In this document: positions 1-6,867 of the stretch, in pieces | Position numbering within the stretch: position 1 is the first letter of the stretch | How the letters are laid out: each line of letters opens with the position of its first letter | Origin: Acidimicrobiia bacterium | GTDB lineage: Bacteria > Actinomycetota > Acidimicrobiia > IMCC26256 > JACDBD01 | Assembly: GCA_051002235.1 (NCBI GenBank) | Contig: JBPCMN010000058.1 | Location: forward strand, 3,769 to 67,768 | Direction of reading: 5' to 3' | DNA length: 64,000 nucleotides | The notes under the pieces: generated by a model | What the model was told of the DNA's origin: nothing | The model's database searches: none | Seen by the model: the letters and a program-made list of their open reading frames with translations, nothing else | Position numbers and translations under genes: made by a program

Positions 1-465
1 GACCAGCGTGGCAGACACCTCGTAGGCACCGCGGCAGCGCAAGTCGGCGATGGCTTGCTCGAGGACACCCATCTGCGCCAGGCCCGGCACGTTCTCCATC
101 ACGAAAGCTCGCGGCTGCAGCTTGCGGATGACGGCCAGGAACTCTCGATACAGGGCGTTGCGGGGGTCATCGATCAAGCGTGAGTGGTTCCGCACCTGCG
201 AAAACGCCTGACAGGGCGGGCCGCCCACGACCACGGTGCTGCCTCCGGCAGCCTTAAGCAGTCGGCGACGGACAGCTGGTTTCCGCAGATCGCCGCAGAT
301 GCCGGCCGCCTCGGGGAAGTTGAGTCCGTAGGTGGCGACAGCGTCGGGGTCGATGTCGATTCCGGCCACGGGCTGCCAGCCCGCCTGGCGGAAGCCCTCG
401 GACAGGCCACCGGCGCCGCAGAACAGGTCGATGAAGCTGGGCTGTCTTGACGTCACCGCCGGCAT
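1..465 (-). CDS. DNA (cytosine-5)-methyltransferase, N-terminal part only (rest lies beyond window start)
   Basis: My own minus-strand translation from ATG (465-463) stays open to position 1, giving 155 codons. It reads MPAVTSRQPSFIDLFCGAGGLSEGF...VVVGGPPCQAFS...FVMENVPGL, which carries C5-MTase motifs I (FxGxGG), IV (PPCQ) and VI (ENV). The ORF is absent from the supplied track because it has no stop inside the window. Confidence 0.85.
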   Translation of the reverse strand, partial: MPAVTSRQPSFIDLFCGAGGLSEGFRQAGWQPVAGIDIDPDAVATYGLNFPEAAGICGDLRKPAVRRRLLKAAGGSTVVVGGPPCQAFSQVRNHSRLIDDPRNALYREFLAVIRKLQPRAFVMENVPGLAQMGVLEQAIADLRCRGAYEVSATLV

Positions 466-478
466 CGCAGTGCCCCCG

Positions 479-649
479 TTATTCGGGCGTAGGCGGGGAG
501 TGGAGGTAGCGCTCGACCGCTCGGACGATCAGATAGTTGACGGAGACATCCCGCTCCCGGGCCTCCTCGCGGAGCTTTTCGTGAGTGCTTTCCGGGATTC
601 TGACGGCGGTGGTGACTCGCTGTTCCTCGTAGACCTTGGGGCGCCCCAT
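479..649 (-). CDS. small ribbon-helix-helix (Arc/CopG-like) DNA-binding protein, possible controller of the downstream MTase
   Basis: My own translation gives 56 aa, below the track's size cutoff: MGRPKVYEEQRVTTAVRIPESTHEKLREEARERDVSVNYLIVRAVERYLHSPPTPE. The pattern is the typical RHH layout of a beta strand (TTAVRIPE) followed by two helices. Its stop lies 13 nt upstream of the MTase ATG, and that spacer contains GGGGG. Confidence 0.55.
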   Translation of the reverse strand: MGRPKVYEEQRVTTAVRIPESTHEKLREEARERDVSVNYLIVRAVERYLHSPPTPE

Positions 650-755
650 GCGGCGACCCTACAAAGCGGCCTGAGGTAAGTGGTGGATACTGCGCGTACT
701 AGGCGCCGAAGGCAGCGCTCACGCACGACCCGACGTAACAGCAAGGCACCGTGCG

Positions 756-1205
756 CTAACGCATCTCGATCGAGCGCCCCCGGCGCATACGGACCGCCGC
801 GACAATGCGCTCAGCAGCTGCTGCGGCAACCTCATGTTCCCAAATCCGGATGACCAGCCAGCCGGCCTGCTCCAGCCTGCGAGTCGTGTCCTCATCACGC
901 TGCCTATTTCGGTTGATCTTCGCCGGCCAGTACCAACGATTGACGGCCGGCTCCTGATCGCCGTGTTCGGTGCACCCGTGCCAGAAGCACCCGTCGATGA
1001 ACACCGCTACCTTTGCGGGACCGAACACAATGTCAGCACGACGACGAGTTCCGGGAACGACTGCACGGTGGAGCCGATAGCGCAGGCCCTGGCGGTGGAG
1101 TTCCTTGCGGACAGCGATTTCTGGCAACGTGTCTTGCCGTGGCTGTTGCTGCATGCGCCGCCGGACGGCATCGCTGGAAGCAAAGGATCCAGCAGGAGGT
1201 TTCAC
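756..1205 (-). CDS. vsr: very-short-patch-repair (Vsr) endonuclease
   Basis: This is the C-terminal part of track ORF 756..1592. It reads SSDAVRRRMQQQPRQDTLPE...ADIVFGPAKVAVFIDGCFWHGC...WPAKINRNRQRDEDTTRRLEQAGWLVIRIWEHE, matching the E. coli Vsr pattern (RSKNMRAIATRDTAIE...HGCFWH...LIVWEC). I set the start at the in-frame GTG (1205-1203), 34 nt after the stop of the upstream gene. The start is uncertain; the next ATG is at 1154. Confidence 0.85.
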   Translation of the reverse strand: MKPPAGSFASSDAVRRRMQQQPRQDTLPEIAVRKELHRQGLRYRLHRAVVPGTRRRADIVFGPAKVAVFIDGCFWHGCTEHGDQEPAVNRWYWPAKINRNRQRDEDTTRRLEQAGWLVIRIWEHEVAAAAAERIVAAVRMRRGRSIEMR

Positions 1206-1239
1206 TGCAGCGCTGGAGTGGACGGCGTGCTGGCTGACC

Positions 1240-3216
1240 TCAGTCAGAGTTCCCCGCGATTGTGTCGGACTGCGCGAGAGCGCGAAGACGATCGTCGCCC
1301 GGTGCTCGTTGCAGGAGGACGTGGAAAAATTCTTGCCACTGGGCGGCGGCGTTCTCGAGTAGCACTTTCCAATCCATCGCGTACATGTTGTCGCTGCCCA
1401 TCGCGTCCAGTTTGTCGATGATCTCTGGTCTGTGGGCGAGCCGATCGGCCACCAGTTGACCCGAGACGATGTCGAATCCAAGTTCAGTGTTTGCTCGAAT
1501 CTTGGTGCGAAGGATACGGATGTAGCGTTCGAATCGCTCGATGTGGTCCCAGTCGGCGTTAAGGCCTGGGCGCATGAACTCGATGACGACAAGCTCGCGC
1601 CCGCCCGCTAGGACAAGGTCAACCCGGCCTTCCCAGTCAACCTCTTTGGCCAGGCCCGACTCTTGCGCCGCCTCTTCCAACAGATGGTCGACCCGACGTT
1701 CCCTGGCGTACGTCTCCCAGCGGGGATTCACTAGCCAGGGATGACCGGCGATGTAGTCCCGCACGGCGTTCTCGAGATCCCGCTGCTCGATCCGCTCACG
1801 CAGTCCCTGGATCACAAGCAATTTGGCTCGCACAGCTTCGGCGGCGTGCAGAGCAGTAAGAGCGTTCGCCTCGACCAGAACGGCGAGCAGTCCTGCCTCG
1901 TCGATTGCGTCCACCTTGGCGATTTCATCGATCAGGTCCTTGAGCCGACCTTCCTCCCAGGCAACCAAAACCGCGTTGCAGACGTCGGTGAACTGATCCT
2001 GAGACATTGTGCGGACGCCCGCGATGTTCGTTAGCGCCCGTTCAACCGTCCGCCGCTCCGACGGCTGGAACTTGTCCAGGCGCTGGTCGAATGGTGCGAG
2101 CTTCTCGGCAAGCACTCTGACCTTCGATTCGGTGCGTCGAATGTTCCAAGCGCCGAGCAGCTTCCTGACGAGAGCCTGTCCCCAGTCGAGCAGCTCGGCC
2201 GCGACATCGTTCTGCCAGTCGATCCGCTGTCGTTCGGTGGCGATGACGTCGGTCGGAAGACTGTCGAGGAAATCCGCCTCGATGATCCCCGACAGGTAGG
2301 CCTGACCCGCCTGAGCGTGCAAGCCGCCTTCGAGGTTGAAGAAGAAAGGGCTCTGGGCGAGCTTTCCCTTGACGTAGACGACGAAGCCGCTTAGCTCCTC
2401 GTCCTGGATCGGCTCTGCGTAGGTGACCGCTCGCCAGCGGAGCTGGCGTCCACCACCAAGCAGTTCCACGCCGAACTCACCGTCCATGGTTAAGCCATCG
2501 GAGCGCTCTTCCGTGCTCAGGTTCAATGGGAAACGGAACTCGACGGTGGACTCGTCCTCTTCGGGCAGCGCTTGGCCGTCCACGGTTACCGTGAAGTCCT
2601 CGGCCCGCTCGCGCAAGCGGAAGCGGCGAGCCATACTCCTTCTGAACTGCTCCGCGGGCGGACGACGACGCAGCTTCAGCCGCTTCAACGCCAAGCGAGT
2701 GCCGTGGCCCTTCGAGCGAGCCGCGTCCGGCGCCTCATGCTTGACGACCGGTATCTCGAATGGGGTCGTCTCTACGTAGGCCTTGCCTTCACCGCGCAGT
2801 CGCAACAGGTCCAACTCGAACACCGTGTGTTCGCCAGTCTCGCGGCTGATCGTGTCGATCTCGATGAGTCCGGCGATCCCAAAACCTGCGAACTTTCCGA
2901 TCCCCTTCCGTCCGAGAACGCGCCGTCCACCAGCCGACTGCTGGTCAACATCAGTCCCTCGCCGGTTGTAACCCACCTCCAGGAACCGTTGCTGGCATTG
3001 CTCAAGAGTCATCCCGTCGCCGTCGTCAGCGATCGTTATTACAGCACTCTCGTTGATTGGCCCGCTCGGCAGCTGGATCTCAACCTGGGTTGCATCTGCG
3101 TCCCATGCGTTTGCGATCAGCTCGGCGACCGCTGCCACGGGGCTCTGGTACATCTGGATGCCGAGGTGGTCGATGATGCGCCCGTGAAAGCGCATCTGCA
3201 GTCGCGCGTCGCTCAT
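1240..3216 (-). CDS. GHKL (MutL/MORC-like, HATPase_c_3-type) ATPase with C-terminal Shedu/DUF4263-like PD-(D/E)XK fold module
   Basis: Track ORF of 658 aa. It carries the Bergerat-fold motifs ELIANAWDA (N box), DDGDGM (G1) and GRKGIGKFAGFG (G2). The C-terminal segment HPWLVNPRWE...RVDLVLAGGRELVVIEFMRPG resembles a restriction-endonuclease-fold core. Its ATG overlaps the stop of the upstream MTase (ATGA at 3213-3216). Confidence 0.8.
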   Translation of the reverse strand: MSDARLQMRFHGRIIDHLGIQMYQSPVAAVAELIANAWDADATQVEIQLPSGPINESAVITIADDGDGMTLEQCQQRFLEVGYNRRGTDVDQQSAGGRRVLGRKGIGKFAGFGIAGLIEIDTISRETGEHTVFELDLLRLRGEGKAYVETTPFEIPVVKHEAPDAARSKGHGTRLALKRLKLRRRPPAEQFRRSMARRFRLRERAEDFTVTVDGQALPEEDESTVEFRFPLNLSTEERSDGLTMDGEFGVELLGGGRQLRWRAVTYAEPIQDEELSGFVVYVKGKLAQSPFFFNLEGGLHAQAGQAYLSGIIEADFLDSLPTDVIATERQRIDWQNDVAAELLDWGQALVRKLLGAWNIRRTESKVRVLAEKLAPFDQRLDKFQPSERRTVERALTNIAGVRTMSQDQFTDVCNAVLVAWEEGRLKDLIDEIAKVDAIDEAGLLAVLVEANALTALHAAEAVRAKLLVIQGLRERIEQRDLENAVRDYIAGHPWLVNPRWETYARERRVDHLLEEAAQESGLAKEVDWEGRVDLVLAGGRELVVIEFMRPGLNADWDHIERFERYIRILRTKIRANTELGFDIVSGQLVADRLAHRPEIIDKLDAMGSDNMYAMDWKVLLENAAAQWQEFFHVLLQRAPGDDRLRALAQSDTIAGNSD

Positions 3217-4277
3217 CCTGTGGCTTCGACTAACTCAAGGGTCGCCGCGCAAATTCCTTCGGCCATCGGAGCAGGCACGGCGTTGCCGATCTGCCGCTCT
3301 ACGGAGTCATAGCCACCGACAAAGTTGTAGTCGGATGGGAACGATTGGAGTACGGCAGCTTCTCGAAGGGTGATTCCGCGGTCGGCGGTTGGATGCACGA
3401 ACTGACCGCATGCTGGCGTGGTGCAACGCGTCGTCAGCGTCGGTGCTGGCTGGTCCGCACACATTCGGGAGTACGGCCCAAAGGCTGCGGTCCGCGTCAG
3501 TGCCTTGTGGCACGACAGTACGAGTTCGTCTGGCAGATCAAAGCGGCTACCGCCAACGGGCACTGCCCTGATGCGTTGCAGCGTTGTGGCTCGACTCTTG
3601 CGATGCCGATTGAGCTGGTCGTCTTGAGAGCTGACAAGCCGCTGGAACGCATGGCCCACGGTTGTGTAGTCCGTGACAGATGTGGGCTTCCTGGGGAGCG
3701 AACCGGGGAGTTCTGATTGGGCCTTACTCCGAACTCCGACTACGACATGCCGACGACGTCGTTGCGGCACGCCGAACTCGACCGCGTCGACAAGGTACGT
3801 GCGGACGCCATAGCCAATGGCGCGGGCTTGGCGAAGTACGCGTCGCAGTCGATCGTCGTGCCGGATGCCAGGGACGTTCTCGAAAACGAAGGAAGCTGGC
3901 CGCCACGCGCTGATGAAGCGCCAAGTCTCAAGTACGAGGTCGTTGCGCTCATCGTCGAGGGCTGAGTGACCCAGCGTTGAGAACCCTTGGCAAGGGGCAC
4001 AGGCCTTGAGCAGGGCAAGCTGCCCGCGTCCGAAGGCCGCTTCCTCCGCAAGTGGTGCAGGATCGACGGTGCAGATATCGCCCTCCATGAGATGGACTTC
4101 GGGATGGTTCGCCCGATATGTGGCGCACGCGTCCCGATCGATTTCGACAGCTGCCACGACACGAAGCCCGGCTCGCTCCATTCCCAGAGTCGCACCGCCG
4201 GCCCCGGCGAAGAGGTCCACTGCGAGCGGCTGAGACTGGCGCTCTTCAGCAGGCGCTCGGAAAGCAGACCGCCCCAT
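3213..4277 (-). CDS. DNA (cytosine-5)-methyltransferase
   Basis: Track ORF of 354 aa. Motifs present: VDLFAGAGGATLG (I), ACAPCQGFS (IV), FVFENVPG (VI), QRRRR (VIII) and GNAVP (X). Confidence 0.9.
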   Translation of the reverse strand: MGRSAFRAPAEERQSQPLAVDLFAGAGGATLGMERAGLRVVAAVEIDRDACATYRANHPEVHLMEGDICTVDPAPLAEEAAFGRGQLALLKACAPCQGFSTLGHSALDDERNDLVLETWRFISAWRPASFVFENVPGIRHDDRLRRVLRQARAIGYGVRTYLVDAVEFGVPQRRRRHVVVGVRSKAQSELPGSLPRKPTSVTDYTTVGHAFQRLVSSQDDQLNRHRKSRATTLQRIRAVPVGGSRFDLPDELVLSCHKALTRTAAFGPYSRMCADQPAPTLTTRCTTPACGQFVHPTADRGITLREAAVLQSFPSDYNFVGGYDSVERQIGNAVPAPMAEGICAATLELVEATG

Positions 4278-4383
4278 AGCGCTGAAGCCTAGGCGGGACC
4301 AGGACAGCCCCCTAGTCCCGACGAACCCTGCGCATCCAGGCTGCGCCAGCAGGCGTCACCGGGCGCAGGCAGCGCCGCATGCG

Positions 4384-4869
4384 TTGGTTACTGTCGTCCC
4401 CGCGGTGAGCGCCGACTGGTTCTGGGAAGGCAACGTGGCTCGGGCAGTCGCGAGCCACCTAGAGACCGAGGGCTGGGCGATCACCTTCATCGCTGACACG
4501 GCGAGTCGCCAGCGCGGCGTTGACGTGCTCGCCGAGAAGGACGGCCGCGTCCTGGCGGTGGAGGTGAAGGGATTTCCGTCCAAGGCCTACGCCGATCCGC
4601 GTCGGGCTGGCGAACAGAAGCGCACCTCGCCGTCGACTCAGGCCAACCATTGGTTCGCCCAGGCGCTACTCGCGGCGATGAAGTACCGGGGCGATCGTCC
4701 TGACGCTGATATCGCCGTCGCGTTCCCCGATTACTCCACGTACCGGAGGCTGCTCGCTAGGACGCGCGCCTCGCTTGACCTGCTCCGCCTGGGCGTCTAT
4801 CTCGTTCGCGAGGGCGGCGTGGTGACGCGCTTGGATTCCACTGAGGACGACTGTTCGGAGGCCTACTAG
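4384..4869 (+). CDS. PD-(D/E)XK (restriction-endonuclease-fold) protein, function unknown
   Basis: Track ORF of 161 aa. The segment GVDVLAEKDGRVLAVEVKG supplies a D...E-x-K core, preceded by WEGNVARAVASHLETEGW. The start is uncertain (TTG at 4384, or GTG at 4405). Its stop TAG (4867-4869) directly abuts the start of the next gene. Confidence 0.6.
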   Translation: MVTVVPAVSADWFWEGNVARAVASHLETEGWAITFIADTASRQRGVDVLAEKDGRVLAVEVKGFPSKAYADPRRAGEQKRTSPSTQANHWFAQALLAAMKYRGDRPDADIAVAFPDYSTYRRLLARTRASLDLLRLGVYLVREGGVVTRLDSTEDDCSEAY

Positions 4870-6099
4870 TTGGCTCATTGGTTGTTTCAGGCCAACCCTG
4901 ACCGTTACGACGCCCTGCGCGACCTTGAAGATGCGGGCGACATCGACAGCTGGTCGATCCGTCGGCACAGATCAGACCTGACGCCCGGCGACTCCGCGGT
5001 GCTTTGGGTAGCCGGCAGGGTCAATCCTGGCGTCTATGCACTCGGAACTGTCACAGGCGTCCCGGTATGGGATGTCACGAGCGAAAAGTGGATCCGCCCA
5101 GAGGATCGTGGCATCGAGGGTTGGTTCTGCCCTTTGCATTTCGATCGGCTCTTGATCGACAACCCGATCCCGAAGGAAGAACTGTTCGCGGACCCGGCGT
5201 TTCGACTTGCGCGTATCCGCACTCAGCCTCAGGCGGCCAACCCGTTTCTGCTCTCGCAGGATGAGTGGGCAGCCATAGATGCGGCGTACCGTCGCCGCCG
5301 ATCGACTCGCGACCATGTGAGCCCTGAGAGGAACCCGCCGTGGGCCGTCGACGAACTCATCCTTGCGCTGGACCTGTACCTCAAATGCCGACCGCACCTG
5401 CCGGATAGCGACTCCAGTGATGTGGTGGAACTGAGCCGCCTGCTGAATTCGCTCCCGATCCACAGCGTGCGTCCTGACGCCGAGCGTTTTCGCAATCCCA
5501 ATGGCGTCGCCATGAAGCTCGCGAACTTCGGTGCGCTTGATCCTGACTTTCCCGGAAAGGGCCTCGACGCCGGTTCGAAACGAGACTTCGAGGTATGGAA
5601 GCGATACGCGACGCAACCTGAGGAGCTCAGTCGTCTCGCCGAACGGATCCGGGCTGGTGCCGGACGAGATGGGGCGTTTCCCGTCGCGCCAGAGGATCAA
5701 GAGGACGAGATCGAAGAGGGACGACTCCTCTTTCGTCTTCACCGGATGCGAGAGCGCGATGCTGGCATCGTCGCTCGTAAGAAGGCAGCTGTACTTCGTC
5801 AAACGGGTCGTCTGGCTTGTGAGATCTGCGGCTTCGATTTCGCGGTGACCTACGGCGAGCTTGGTGAGGGTTACATCGAGTGTCACCACTTGATGCCCCT
5901 GGCCGAATCTGGTCGCCGCAGGACCATGCTGAGGGATCTCGCGCTCCTATGTTCGAACTGTCACCGCATGGTGCACAAAGCACGTCCGTGGAAGGCGCCA
6001 ACCGAGATCGCCACCCTGCTCCAGGGACGGAACCGTCGTCAGCGGGACCTCTCCGATGAGGACGTCAACCGGCCCCAGCGATCACCTTCGACCGGCTGA
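4870..6099 (+). CDS. EVE (PUA-like) domain - HNH endonuclease fusion, type IV (modification-dependent) restriction-like
   Basis: Track ORF of 409 aa with a TTG start. The N-terminus WLFQANPDRYD...GDSAVLWVAGRVNPGVYALGTV follows the EVE pattern. The C-terminus CEICGFDFAVTYGELGEGYIECHHLMPLAE...LCSNCHRMVHK is an HNH/zinc-finger nuclease motif. Confidence 0.8.
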   Translation: MAHWLFQANPDRYDALRDLEDAGDIDSWSIRRHRSDLTPGDSAVLWVAGRVNPGVYALGTVTGVPVWDVTSEKWIRPEDRGIEGWFCPLHFDRLLIDNPIPKEELFADPAFRLARIRTQPQAANPFLLSQDEWAAIDAAYRRRRSTRDHVSPERNPPWAVDELILALDLYLKCRPHLPDSDSSDVVELSRLLNSLPIHSVRPDAERFRNPNGVAMKLANFGALDPDFPGKGLDAGSKRDFEVWKRYATQPEELSRLAERIRAGAGRDGAFPVAPEDQEDEIEEGRLLFRLHRMRERDAGIVARKKAAVLRQTGRLACEICGFDFAVTYGELGEGYIECHHLMPLAESGRRRTMLRDLALLCSNCHRMVHKARPWKAPTEIATLLQGRNRRQRDLSDEDVNRPQRSPSTG

Positions 6100-6147
6100 C
6101 CGCTTCGGCGAGAGTGGTTCTCATCCTTCGTCGAGGATCCCGGGAGA

Positions 6148-6525
6148 GTGTGCGTGCTCCCCGGAGATCTCGATCGCGAGGCTCTGGCGAAGGCCGACTG
6201 TTTCACGCTTCGCCCGCACAGCTGGATTGATTCTCGTTTCCTCGCGATGCAGCTCGCGTCAGCTAGGAGTTACCGATATTTGTCCGGCGATATCCACGGT
6301 GCGACGAGACCGCGGATCAACACAACGCAACTACGTGGCTTGCCGATTCCGCTGTGCTCTCTCGACGAACAACTGGAGATCGTGCGGCGTTTCGAAGACC
6401 TTTCGGGCGTCACCGCAGCCTTAGTTCGACGGGTGGTGCGCGCGCGACAACGCCTTGACCGAAGTTCCCAGGCGATTCTGGCCAAAGCGTTCCGCGGCCA
6501 GCTCTCGTCCGCGCCAGCGATCTAA
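6148..6525 (+). pseudogene. hsdS: type I restriction specificity subunit (HsdS) 3' fragment
   Basis: The 125-aa ORF corresponds only to the end of a target-recognition domain plus the conserved C-terminal helix: RPRINTTQLRGLPIPLCSLDEQLEIVRRFEDL...RSSQAILAKAFRGQL. No hsdM or hsdR gene is nearby, and the N-terminal ~250-300 aa of a normal HsdS are missing. Confidence 0.65.
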
Positions 6526-6832
6526 CGCTCCGTGACAGAAGCTGCCCTCCCTATCGACCGACTGCGTGTCCGTGCTCAGATCGAGAGCGACGAGCTTGGC
6601 CACGAGCCGTCGGCGTCGGAGAGCGCGCGTGCCGCATGGACCGAGGAGCGTCGCGGCTATCGAACTCCTTGCGGCACTAGCTGTCTGGGACGAAGTTCTC
6701 CTTCGCCGGGCTGCCCTGTCCGAGGTGGATCCACGACCTATTGCGTGGCGGGCCTTGTTGTTGGACGCCGCGACCCGTTCGGAGGCAGATTCGCAGTAAC
6801 GTACAGGCGTTCGATCGAAAAGGTTCCCAACC

Positions 6833-6861
6833 TTGTACAACCCTTATCAACCCTGTAACAT
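6833..6861 (+). promoter_or_regulatory. candidate sigma70/SigA-type promoter giving a leaderless helicase mRNA
   Basis: TTGTAC (6833-6838), a 17-nt spacer, then TAACAT (6856-6861). The helicase ATG at 6868 starts 7 nt after the -10 hexamer, and there is no correctly spaced SD. Confidence 0.3.
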
Positions 6862-6867
6862 GGGGGA

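Noticed and set aside
756-1592. A 278-aa version of the Vsr ORF.
   Set aside because: The N-terminal ~130 aa overlap the 3' end of the GHKL ATPase gene and are S/T-rich with no homology. Vsr proteins are ~150 aa, and an in-frame GTG at 1205 gives that size.
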